The notes under the pieces were generated by a model. It saw only the letters and a list, made by a program, of their open reading frames with translations, was not told where the DNA came from and ran no database searches. Made by a program: the position numbers and the translations under genes. Below are positions 1 to 11,830 of a stretch of 64,000 bases of DNA, piece by piece. Position 1 is the stretch's first letter, and every line of letters starts with the position of its first letter. Origin of the DNA: the human T2T-CHM13v2.0 reference genome, Homo sapiens. The DNA lies in assembly GCF_009914755.1 (NCBI RefSeq), contig NC_060936.1, one strand, 5' to 3'.

Positions 1-895
1 ATTCTTAACCTGTCTGTGTCATTAAGTTTAAAGTGCACTTCTTTGTAGGCACATAAAACTCGGTCTTTTTTGTTTGCTTGTTTAAGCTGACAATCTCTAA
101 CCTTGAATTGGGATATTCAGACCATTTACATTTAATGTTTTTCTTGATATGATTAGGTTTAAATCTATCTCCTTGCTACTTGTCTCATCTATTCTTTATT
201 ACTTTTGTTCTCTTTTTCTGCCTTCTTTTGAATAAATTAAATATTTTAAAAGATATCTTTTTATCTCATTTGCTGGCTTATTTATAACTCTTTATTATTT
301 CAGTGGTTTTTTTCTCATAGTCTGTCTTCAAATGATATTAAACCACTTTATAAATTATAGAAGACCCTTTCAATAGTTTACTTTCATTTATCCCTTTCCA
401 ACCTTTGTGATATTTTTGTCAGATATTTTATTTTTCTATATTTTACATTATTATTATTTTTTATTGACTATCATCCATCTTTTAAAAAGATTTAAATAAT
501 AATAAAAAATCTTATATATTTACCCTGTAGTTATTGTACCCAATGCTTTTCATTCCTTTATATAGATCCATATTTCCATCTGTTATCATTTTTCTTATGC
601 CAAATGGATTTCCTTTAACATTTCTTGTGGTGTAGATTGCCAGGTGACACATTCTTTCAGCTTTTATGTGTCTGAAAATGTCTGAAAAAGCACCTTTGTT
701 TTTGAAAGACACTTATAGAATTCCAAATGGGCAGTTTTTTTTTTTCTTTCAGTACTTTAAAGATGTTGCTATATTCTTTTCTCACTATTATCTCTGTATT
801 ACTTCTGATGAGAAATCTGCTGTCATCCTTTGTTCCTCCTTAGGTAATTTATCTTTTTATTGGTTGCTTTTAAGGTTTTTTTTTCTTTACTACTG
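1..895 (-). mobile_element. Ancient L1 (L1M-type) fragment, antisense
   Basis: T-rich sequence with typical antisense L1M motifs (ttcagaccatttacatttaatg; gagaaatctgctgtcat); runs off the left edge. Confidence 0.7.
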
Positions 896-2122
896 ATGCT
901 TAGCAGGGAAGCATGCTGGGACCTTAATGTACTGGTCACTCTGGACCAAGGAAACATGGAATGGCTCTGTATATTGGGATATGGGTTGTAGAATCTAGAC
1001 TGCTCTGGAAAGTGGCTGGCCAGGGTTCCCTCTGGAGGGCAGGGGCCTCAAGTCAGGAGTCTAGTGGTATAGAGTGGGCCATATGACCAAGGGTGGAGCA
1101 AACACCGAATCAAGACATCTCTGGTTCTGGCATCATGATTCATTCTAGGACTCTGGGGTTGATGACTGAGTCATAGGGTAGGAAGAGCCTATGGCTGAAC
1201 CTAAAGAAGGAGGAATCAGAGATCCTATTGGAAGTGCCAGGAGATGGCAGACCTCAAAATGACCGAAAGGAAAAGCAAAGCAAAATAATGGAAGTGTTAA
1301 AGGGAAATTGAAGATCTAATTCTAAGTTTCTAACTATACAAAGAAAACATTTAGATTTCAATCTTTTTCTCTGTGTGTGTGTCTGGGTGTGTGTAGATTT
1401 GCCTGGTAGAATTCCAACATTTTCAAAGTTGCCCTTTCCAAGGGTACAAAAAATGAGAAACACTTTGTATAAAGTAACTAACTTATAAAATGTTTTTGGA
1501 AAATATTATTTAATCATACAGATTATTAATAGTGTTTTTAAGAAGTAGTTTTGTATTAGAGTTTTGGAATAGTATCAGGAAGTAAAAAAGTCCAAACAAC
1601 TTTTACTATTCTCATTTAATTTATTAATTTTTTTAAGGCAACTTGCATTTGATGTAATTTTGTTTTGCCTTCCTATTGTTTGCCTCTTGCTCTGTAAGGA
1701 CAAGTTCCTACTGCCTACAGCTATCTTTGCAAACAGGGCACTCCTCTAAAAGCTTTTATTTAATCTAGTTAAGTAAATTCTAATCATCTTTAAGCAGGGA
1801 CAAGTCCAAAGTCACCACATGAAGAATAATTCATAATAGTTTTTTCAGCAACAACTTTCTCTTTTTCTTGCCAAGCTAGTCAGCAGTCTGGCAGTTTGGT
1901 TTTTGCAATGAATCAGAATATATGTGCCAGGCCATTTGCACCATCTGCTACAGGAGTGTCATGGGAGAGAGGACTGTGAACACCTGGTGGGTGGACATTA
2001 AAATGTCAGCTCCAGGGTAAACACCAGCTTCAGTGATGAAAGACCAAGAGAGCAAAAGCCGGGGAGGAGGAGAAGCTGCTGGTAGCAGCAAAACAGGCAC
2101 ACCTCTTTCTTAATTCAGAAGA

Positions 2123-2188
2123 ATGTGTGTATGTGTGTATGTTTGTATGAATGTATGTATGTGTATATGTATGCATGCATGCATGCAT
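2123..2188. repeat. (TG/TGTA/TGCA)n compound simple repeat
   Basis: atgtgtgtatgtgtgtatg...atgcatgcatgcatgcat seen directly. Confidence 0.85.
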
Positions 2189-2249
2189 TTATTTTTAGTA
2201 TCAGTAACTTTTCAGAATCTTAATGACAGGATGAGGTTAAATTCCTTGG

Positions 2250-2614
2250 TGAATTAGTCTGCTCTCATGCTGCTAATGAAGACATACCTAAGATTGGGTA
2301 ACTTATAAAGGAAAGAGGTTTAATTGACTCACAGTTCCACATGGCTGAGGAGGCCTCAGAGTCATGTCAGAAGGCGAAGGAGGAGCAAAGTCACATCTTA
2401 CATGGCAGCAGGCAAGAGAGCATGTGCAGGGGAACTGTTCTTTATAAAAACCATCAGATCTTGTGAGACTTATTCACTATCACGAGAACAGCACAGGAAA
2501 GACCCACTGCCGTGATTCAATTACCTCCAACCAGGTCCCTCCCATGACACGTGGGAATTATGGGAGCTACAATTCAAGATGAGATTTGGGTGGGGATATA
2601 GCCAAATCATATCA
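2250..2614 (-). mobile_element. THE1B-like solo LTR (ERVL-MaLR)
   Basis: Reverse complement begins tgatatgatttggctatatccccacccaaatctcatcttgaattgtagctccc and follows the THE1B consensus over about 365 bp; TG...CA termini. Confidence 0.92.
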
Positions 2615-3499
2615 CTGGAAAGGTAAAGAATGTTTGGGTGATAGTACACATGTAAGTTCTGTAAAGGAATTTGATGCTATTTGTTGAAAGAACTGTAAAA
2701 CATGAATATATTTATGTTGTCTAAAAGTGGCCTGAAGTGAGATCTTCAAGCTCATTCTTTGCCATAGGTTCAGAAAAGCTTTTTTTATTCTCCTTACGGC
2801 ATATAGATAGAATACAATTGATTTTGGTTTATTTTTTGTTAAGAAACTATTTGATAAGGAAATATTCAATATCACCCCAATTTTTCAGGTGGTCAAAATA
2901 TCCACTTGTTGAAACCAGCCTAGGCGAACTTAAGGACATTGGTTTTGAGTAATGTAAAACACCTGGGGATAATGGGAGAGACTTTGTGAGCCATTTCTCA
3001 GTTATAGCCTCTTGAAGCTGGTTCATTACTGTGACAGTTCCCTGCAGAAATAAAAATAATTGTGGTATCCAGCTTAAAAGTACACACAGAGATGTTCATG
3101 CCCCCACCCACACATTCAAGCACAAACACACATCCTTTCCTTCTCACTGGTGTTACAAAGGAGTAAAGATCATCAGTATCATTTAATTATGACCTTATTT
3201 GAGTTCAAAGTTGTATAGTCAGTGTAGAGCCAATTTTCAAGCCCAGGTCTGCCCGGCCCCATGCATATAGCCCATGCTGCATGCATGCATGCATTCATGC
3301 TCCACCATGCAGCCTTGTAAGATTGTTGTTCATTAGTTCCAACTTGCCCTAGGAGGTCCTGTAGTAGAATGTAGTTGACCTCACTGGCATCAATTTAAAA
3401 AGTCCAGACCCAATTCCAAGCATTTCCAACTTTCTATAAGTGTAAACTTATTGTAATAAACATAAATGTAAATCATTTTTCCTAGCTGCTGTGCAGTTA

Positions 3500-4095
3500 T
3501 AATTTTAGTATACATCTAAAATTTATATCTCTAATTTCTCTGTGTCTACTCTCTCATCTCTCTCAAATCTGCATTCATTTTCACTGTCCTTGTCTTAGTT
3601 CAGGCATATACAATTTTACACAGGGAACTTCTCAACTTACCAACAGGCTTTTCTCCTTCTCCTTACTATGACACACAAGACAGTTTATGATGTGACCTTT
3701 TAAACCTTTCTTTCTTCCAGGCATCCTGAACTACCTTCTGTTTTTACTAAATGTAAAATATACAAGATTGTGTTGTGTTCCTGGATGCTTGTCTTTTCTC
3801 TGCCCTAAGCCTTTTATCTAATCTGCCTGATGAACTCAATCCTCAGACTCAGCTCAAAGTTTTCCACTTGCATGAGTCCTTTCCTGATTGTTTCAGGCTT
3901 TCCCCCTTGCTTTCTTAGCATCTTGTTTATCCTAATTATATTGCTCTAATTATTTATTAATTGCCATTGGACTCTGCTGCATTGTGTGCACTGGGAAGCC
4001 AGGGCCTGAGTTATATTCATTTTTGTAGCCCCAGAACCTAGCACAATGCTTGGCAGATAAGGGGTACTTAAGGAGAATTTTTTGAGTTCATTGTT
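3500..4095 (+). mobile_element. L2 LINE 3' fragment
   Basis: L2 3'-end motif (ccagaacctagcacaatgcttggcagataag) preceded by pyrimidine-rich L2 body. Confidence 0.65.
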
Positions 4096-4299
4096 CCTAA
4101 ATGCCATCTGAAACCTTCAGGAAATATTGTTGGTGTTTTGGGAAAGTATTTTATTGAGTATCTGTATTGTGACTTTAGGAGGGACATTAAGCACAACTGG
4201 GAGCTACTGAAAGGAACTTGACAAATTTAACAAAATGCCTTGGAATTGGGCATAATTCAGTTCCCCAACTCCGATCCTCAATGGACCAGAAGCTTAAAC

Positions 4300-5265
4300 T
4301 GCCAAATACATGCAGATGATTCCCATCTTTAACTACTGCCCCCAAAGCTCTTTGGATGGAGCCCCAGACCAGGAACAAGAGTATCTATTAAACATGCCTG
4401 CTTGCATACCTCCCAGAACCTCTAAATCCCTCCTTGACTCCTCCCTCAGAGAAGACCTAGATCTGCAAACTATAACCTGGAAGTTATTCTGGAATACCTC
4501 CTTTCCCTTCATTCTCCCACATGCAACAGTCACCAAGTCCAGCTAATGCTCCTTTCTTGATAATACTGCAAATCTGTTCTTCTTGCTCCAGTTTCATGCC
4601 TCCTCTCCCCTATCATGGGGCTCCATTCTATTCTCTTCAGATTACTAAAAAATGCTCTGGTTTGTTTTGTCTCCCCGCTTCATCTGCTCTTTACAATGGA
4701 ATTGGGTGGTTTTTTGAAAAGCAAATCTGATCATGCATGAGTCCTACAGAAAGGTGCCGTGGCTCTTCGCCACCCTCAGAACTGAGTCTGAATGCCCACA
4801 CCCTTCACCATCAGGTACCTGCTTCCTTCTCCAGGGAGCTGGACTCCCTGTCCCTTCCCCCCAGTGCTTCAGCCATATTGAATTACTTGTATTTTCCCTA
4901 AAAATGACTTTCTTTTGCCTTCAGGTTTTTTGAACATAAAGTTCCCCTTTTCTAGAACTTCCTACCTACCTCCTCATTCCTGCCTTCAACTTCCTGTTCA
5001 TCTTTCAGACCCTAACTTAAACATTCTCTTTTGGAAGAATTTGTTTATTCTCCAAAACTGGGTTAACTGCTCTTCTAAGTGCCCCATGAATGCATCTGTT
5101 ATAAGTCTTACCGCAAGCATTTGTGATTATCTGTTTTATGTTTGTCTTCCTCAGTAGACTGTGAACTCCATAGGAACAAGGGAAAATCTTATTATTTTTA
5201 ATCCTGGTTTCTAACACAATGTCTGAACACAGAAATTTCTCAGGAAGTCTTTGTTGACTAAACAC
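4300..5265 (+). mobile_element. L2 LINE 3' fragment
   Basis: atgcagatgattccc (RT YADD-region remnant) through tagactgtgaactccat...ctaacacaatgtctgaacacag...tttgttgact. Confidence 0.7.
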
Positions 5266-6284
5266 ATAATTGTCAATACTCAGCCACATAAATATACAGT
5301 ACTGGGCAATTTGCAAATATTTTGAAGATCTGCTCAGGCAAACCTCTTCATAATCAATACAACCTTGAATTTGTTTCTACCCAGCCATTTAGTTTTTAAA
5401 AATTCCCACCTACTTCCCCCTCAGATCTTTATCTATTTGTTGACGAAGGATGAAGGAGCCAGTCCAGCTCCTTAGGAGTGGGAAGGGTCTGGGGTTTGCA
5501 GCCCAGACCTGCAGTACACATTTAAGGGTATGCATTGTCCTGGCCTCTGCCAATTAAAATAATGGCAAAGGAGAAGTGAAACTAGGAGAGAATTAGTATA
5601 TCTTCTTTTGCCAGGAACAAATTGTAAATGTAAGACAAAAACAATTATTTAAGTAGAAAATATTTTGACTTTGACTAATAAAATGTCAGAGTAAAGTTTG
5701 TATAGGCAGAAAAGTAACGCTCACCTTCTTGCCTTTGGTAACTATAGAGGGCAAAATTTACATGATTGCAATACATACATGGATAACCTCATTTAAAAGG
5801 TGTTGAAAATCAGCTATCATTATATACACTTGACCTCATTTGCCCAGTTGCAAGTCTAGGTGCAATGGTGCAATTCATGAGAGTTTTTGGGAAGCTAGTT
5901 AAAGAACACATACTATACATTTGCACACATGTACACGTACAAATTAACTGTAACAATTAGTCTGTTGCAAAGATACTTTTTAAAGTTCTGTTTAATGCTT
6001 TTTTAATTTTTTTCTCTTACCCTTACCATATGAAGAATATTTTTAAGTTCTAAAAAAGTAAGTATACTATGTTTAAAAATTTATATCCATAGTAGGCTTA
6101 GAAAAGTCAGTTGCTAAAAATGTAGGAAAATGTTTATCATCCCAGAATTTGTTGACATGATAGTGGTAAATCTTTCAGAAAACATCACTGTTGTGTGTGT
6201 GAGGTCAGTTGTTTTTGGCCAGCTGGGTGATTTGTTATTTCCTGTGTGTATTTCTTGTCACTTTACCTCTATCGTGACTTCCTG

Positions 6285-6540
6285 GTTCATTCATTCAATA
6301 CTGTTCATATTTAGCACATAAGTTCCATGTACTGCATTATAGCCCCTGGGTGTAAATAGTTGCCTGTGATGGAGAGGCTGCCTATGAGGAGTACCCAGAC
6401 TCATGGTTGCAGACAGTAGGTGTGGGATAGGCAAAGCACACACGTGTTAAGGTTTATGGGATGTCAGGAGAAGGGCAGGTATTTTGTAAAGGGAGGGGAG
6501 TAAGATGTATGGAGAGGGAATGACTGAAGATGACGCTACC
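6285..6540 (-). mobile_element. L2 3' end, antisense
   Basis: ttcattcattcaa tail followed by antisense L2 3' motif. Confidence 0.55.
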
Positions 6541-6758
6541 AAGGTGGACTGTTTCCAGATCATGGAAAACTAACTTCAAGACATTATTACCATACTCTAT
6601 TTATTCCTGTGAACTTTTAACATTAACATCTTAATTCAATCAAAACATTATATGTAAATTTATATTTACTACACAGTTTTCTTCAATCATTCATTTGTCA
6701 AACATGAAGATTGTTCTTCCTATGTGTTTGACTTTACCAAAAACTTTGTCAACCTTCT

Positions 6759-9025
6759 TGATATGGTTTGGCTGTGTCCCCACGCAAATCTCATCTTGAA
6801 TTATATTCCCATAATTGCCTCGTGTTGTGGGAGGGACCCTGTGGGAGATAATTTGAATCATGGGGGCAGTTTTCCCCATACTGTTTTCGTGGTGGTGAAT
6901 ATGTCTCATGAGATCAGATGGATTTATCAGGGGTTTCCACTTTTGCATTGGCCTAATTTTCTCTTGCTACTGCCATGTAAGAAGTGTCTTTCACCTCCTG
7001 CCATGATTCTGAGGCCTCCCCCACCACGTGGAACTGTAAGTTCAATTAAATCTCTTTTTCTTCCCAGTCTCTTATATGTCTCTATCATACGGACTAATAC
7101 AGTAAGTTGGTACCTGTAGAGTGGGGTGTTGCTGAAAAGATACCTGAAAATTGTGGAAGTGAATTTGGAACTAGGTGACAGAGATTGGAACAGTTTGGGG
7201 GGCTCAGAAGAAGACAGGAAAATGTGGGAAAGTTTGGAACTTCCTAGAGGCTTGTTGAATGGTTTTGACCAAAAGCCCAATAGCAATATGGACAATAAGG
7301 TCCAGACTGAGAGGTGGTCTCAGATGGAGATGAGGAACCTGTTGGGAACTGGAGCAAAGGTGACCCTGGTTATGTTTTAGCAAAGAGACTGGCAGCATTT
7401 TGCCCCTGCCCTAGAGATCTGTGGAACTTTGAACTTGAGAGAGATGATTTAGGGTATCTGGCGGAAGAAATTTCTAAGAAGCAAAGCATTCAAGAGGTGA
7501 CTTGGGTGCTGTTATAGGCATTAAGTTTTATAAGGGAAGGAGAGCATAAAAGTTCAGAAAATTTGCAGCCTGACAATGTGGTAGAAAAGAAAAACCCATT
7601 TGCTGAGGAGAAATTCAAGCCAGCTGCAGAAATTTGCATAAGTAACAAGGAGCCAAATATTAATTGCCAAGACAATGGGGAAAATGTCTCCAGGGCATGT
7701 CAGAGGTCTTCACAGCAACCCCTCCCATCACAGGCTCAGAGACCTAGGAGGAAATGGTTTCATGGGCCAGGCCCCAGGTCCCTGTGCTGTGTGCAGCCTA
7801 GAGACTTGGTGCCCTGTGTCCCAGCTGTTCCAGCCATGGGTAAAAGGGGCCAATGTAGAGCTCAGGCCATGGCTTCAGAGGGTGCAAGCTCCAAGCCTTG
7901 GCAGCTTCCACATGGTGCAGAGCCTGCAAGTGCACAGAAGTCAAGAATCAGGGTTTGGGAACCTCTGCCTAGATTTCAGAAGATATATGGAAACACCTGG
8001 ATGCCCAGGCAGAAGTTTGCTGCAGGGGTGGGGCGCTCACGGAGAACCTCTGCTGGGGCAGTGTGGAAGGGAAATGTGGTGTTGAAGCCCCCCAACAGAG
8101 TCCCTACTGGGGCAGTGCCTAGTGGAACTGTGAGAAGAGGGCCACCGTCCTCCAGGCCCAGAATGGTAGATCCACTGACAGCTGGCACCATTCCCCTGAA
8201 AAAGCCACAGACACTTAATGCCAGCCCTTGAAAGCAGCTGAGAGGAAGGCTGTGCCCTGCAAAGCCACAGGGATGGAGCTGTCCAAGACCATGGGAACCC
8301 ACCTGTTGTATCAGCATGACCTGGATGTGAGACCTGGAGTCAAAGGAGATCATTTTGGAGCTTTAAAAGTTGACAGCCCCACTGCATTTTGGACTTGCAT
8401 GGGCCCTGTAACCCCTTTGTTTTGTCCAATTTCTCCCATTTGGAATGGCTGTATTTACTCAATACCTGTACCCCCATTGTATCTAGGAAGTAACTAGCTT
8501 GCTTTTGATTTTACAGGCTCATATGTGGAAGAGACTTGTCTCAGATGAGACTTTGGACTGTGGACTTTTGGGTTAGTGCTGAAATGAGTTAAGACTTTGG
8601 GAGACTGTTGGGAATGCATGATTGGTTTTGAAATGTGAGGACATGAGATTTGGAGGGGCCAGGGGTGGAATAATATGGTTTGGCTCTGTGTGCCCACCCA
8701 AATCTCATCTTGAATTGTACTCCCATAATTCCCATGTGTTGTGGGAGGGCCCTGGTGGGAGATAATTGGAATCATGGGGGCAGTTTTCCCTATACTGTTC
8801 TCATGGTAGTGAATAAGTCTCACAAGATCTGATGGTTTTATCATGGGTTTCTGCTTTTGCACCTGTCTCATTTTCTCTTGCCGCCACCATGTAAGAAGTG
8901 CCTTTTGCCTCCTGCCATGATTCTGAGGCCTCACCAGCCACGTGGAACTGTAAGTTCAATTAAATTTCTTTTTTTTCTCAGTCTCTGGTATGTCTTTATC
9001 AGCAGTGTGAAAATGGACTAATACA
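6759..9025 (+). mobile_element. Full-length THE1A MaLR provirus: 5' LTR 6759-7101, internal region 7102-8670, 3' LTR 8671-9025
   Basis: Two direct LTRs (tgatatggtttggctgtgtcc...ggactaataca and taatatggtttggctctgtg...ggactaataca) with THE1A-type gggagataat and catgtaagaagtgc motifs; about 1.57-kb THE1-int between them; polypurine tract ggaggggccaggggtggaa before the 3' LTR. Confidence 0.95.
7314..8231 (+). pseudogene. Decayed MaLR internal ORF remnants (67-aa and 222-aa pieces)
   Basis: Peptides VSDGDEEPVGNWSKGD...LAKRLAAFCPCPRDLWNFELERDDLGYLAEEISKKQS and QPDNVVEKKNPF are the familiar THE1-int translation; interrupted by a stop, second piece starts at TTG. Confidence 0.8.
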
Positions 9026-9059
9026 ATTCCCTTATTTTGAACAAAACATTGCAGTCTTC

Positions 9060-9770
9060 TTTCCCTCTCTACATCACAAACTTGGTTCTTATTCCACCGA
9101 GACAACTATTTTAAACGGTTTAAACTGTTTCTTTTGGTGTTTTCTTCCATGTTTCTAGATAACATACATCACCATTTATTGATATTATCCATTGAATTAC
9201 TGCTATGATATAGATATAGAATTATTTTTGGTTAGATCGATATTCAGTATTATGAATTCACATTATTAGGATCATGCAAATATAACTCACGGATGAGGCA
9301 TATAGGATTCTATGGTAAGTTTTGCTTTTTCCTTAAAAAGGTTTTGTCCTTTCTGGACATTATACGTGTCTTCTCTGATACCTGCTTCTTTTTCTATGTA
9401 CTCATCACTAATTGTTCCCCAAAATCTTTATCAGAAGTGTTAGTATTCTCTTAATACATCCACTACATCGGGAATCCCATCAGCTTCTCCTTTTGGAAGA
9501 TGCCCCTACTGGAGCACTCTTCCGCTCTGATCTGAGGCTTTTGCTCTCCAGGCCTGCTGCCCAGTGGTTGCCGTAAAATTTCCCCTGGGCCACCATTCTG
9601 GGGTTCCTCCCACTATTCTCCTGGGTTGGGTTCCCTGTTTCCTGGATACTGTGTAGTCCTTTCTTGGTCTCCTCTCTTGTTTTGGCAGGACATATCGCTT
9701 CAGTAGCTTCTACAGAAATTACATACATGAAACTTTAAGGTTGTACTCTTTGAAAAGTATCCTGTTTGAG
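9060..9770 (-). mobile_element. HAL1/ancient L1-like fragment
   Basis: ttctcctgggttgggttccctgtttcctggat...ttttggcaggacatatcgcttcagtagcttc resembles antisense HAL1. Confidence 0.6.
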
Positions 9771-10804
9771 GTAGAGCATGTTTAGCCAGTTCCTGCATCA
9801 GTTGAGTCGGCTGGGTTTTTTGTTTGCTTGTTTTTTACCAGGTCACTGTGGTAGGTTGAGACATGGCACTCAGCAAAATAAGGAATATTCTCAAGTGAAA
9901 TTGTGAGGAGGGTGACTCTTTTCCTACCCAGCAAGTGGAGTTTGGAGGCCATGCTACTTCCTGAGGCAGGAAAGGGGTTACAGGTAATCCACTTGTAAAA
10001 CAATGGGTCAGGATTTTTTTCTCAGAAGAGAGTGGCTCTTAGCAGAATCTTAGATGGGGACCCAGTAGGAGTTCCATGAGATGACAGTGCATGAGGTAGA
10101 GGTGAAGCTCTTGTGATGTAGCCATTGGAGACTCAGTCCTTCTTCCTTAAGAAGGTGGGGAAAAGCTTAGAGAAACCAACCTCAGCTGTGCCCCTAAAGC
10201 TTTTTGAGAGAAACTTACACCCATTATATGTAGGAGAAACGGGCCTCTTATTGTCCTGAGGTTTTCCAATGTGGATCATGAGAAAAAAAGGTAGCTGGTA
10301 GGAGCACATTAGATTATGTTTTTAGAAGTTCTATTTGTGATAACTTCCACTTTGGGAAGCTTATCCTCATCCTTTAGAATAGGGGAAGAAGGGTACTTTA
10401 AGAATCTGCTGAGAAGAAGACGATAAACCTGGAAAGAAATATATTAGAAGAAGGTGAGATTTGTAAGTGGTGCAAACAGCATGACCAAGGGCCATCTACT
10501 TTGCTTTCTCCTGTGCAGAGTTTCAACATCACCTGCCTCCTCATAAGGCAAGTCTCAGGGACGTTAGACAGGCAACTAACTTGCCCAAAATTCACAGGTT
10601 GTATATGTCAGAGGTCACAGATTTGAAAATACGGTTTCCCATTTCATTAATTAATAAGTTATGTATTTATTTTGATTTTTAATATCCAGCCTTACGAAGG
10701 CTAGAAAATCCATTAGGGGCACCAGAAAGGCATTTTTTGTATAGGTGTACGTGTGGGAGGCTGGCTAGAGGATGGAAAGGAGGATGAGGAAGAAGCGTTC
10801 AGTT

Positions 10805-10855
10805 GTCCCTAATTATGGTGGTTTGGGTCCTTCCCATGCTACCATAATTAGGGAC
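10805..10855. repeat. Inverted repeat / hairpin (15-bp perfect outer stem, extendable to about 23 bp, 5-nt loop)
   Basis: gtccctaattatggt (10805-10819) is the exact reverse complement of accataattagggac (10841-10855). Confidence 0.95.
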
Positions 10856-10874
10856 GTTTGAGGACTTGAGCGTT

Positions 10875-10903
10875 TTTATAATGAACTTGAAGTTCATTAT
10901 AAA
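10875..10903. repeat. Perfect 14-bp inverted repeat with 1-nt spacer
   Basis: tttataatgaactt-g-aagttcattataaa. Confidence 0.95.
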
Positions 10904-11569
10904 CATATGCTAAAGCCAGGAAACAATATAAAGTTTTTTTAAAAATGAGGAAAAATAAAAAGGGAAGTTGGTTAAGTGGAGGTTAAAATTTAAAAAGAGG
11001 GGAAAAGGTAAGCTAAAAGGGAATGACATGAAAGCTAAAATAAATTTAAAATCTGCATGAAGATAAAAGGTTAAGAGTTAAAAAATACAAAATAAATGAG
11101 ATTTTAAAACAAAAGATAAAATACTGTAAGCCAATGAGATAAAAGGTTAAAACATCAGTAAAAGCTATAATGGTTTAGGCTAAAAGGCTAAAGCCTGTGA
11201 GATGAAAAGCTAAAAACAGACCAATCCTTGAGATTAAGGATTTGGAACAGGAAGTCAGAACTAAAAAGGCAACGGAAGAAAAATAAAAATTAAGTTAAAA
11301 CTGTAAGAAAAAAGTGGATTAGGGAAACCATTATTTTTTAAAAACATTAACAGAAAAACAAAACTATTTAGAGGAGTAGAGTAGGAGGCAACATTATCAG
11401 GGCAGTGTGACGTTCCCTGTGGGAGAGACTGGGTGGAGGCCATGTTGACTGTGCCTTCTGCATACGGTGTCCACAGGAGAAGGGCAGGGGCTGTCAACCC
11501 AGGCAGCTGCAGGGGTGGGCCTGACCTCAGAAACATCTTCTCCTTCTATTAAAAAAATATATGTATCTC

Positions 11570-11830
11570 ACTTTTTCTCCCATCTTCCACTGCTTCTGTG
11601 ACTCCCTTGCCTCAGCCTTCTGAATCGCCTCTGGGACTTTTGAATTTGTTTGAATCGGTTTGAATTGGTTGCTGCCCTAAGTCTGTTCCCTTCCAATCTT
11701 TCCCCACACTGCAACCAGATTAATCTTTTGAGAACACAATTTTTCTCATGCAATTATATTCTATGAAAGCCTTCTGTGCTTATTTTAAAGACCAAACTCC
11801 AAGAAGCTCTGCAAATCCAGCTTTTGTGCA
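11570..11830 (+). mobile_element. L2 fragment
   Basis: ccaatctttccccacactgcaaccagattaatcttttgagaacacaa is a typical L2 body motif. Confidence 0.6.

Noticed and set aside
7563-8231. Longest ORF (222 aa) as a host gene
   Set aside because: Lies wholly in THE1A-int, starts at TTG and is a retroelement remnant
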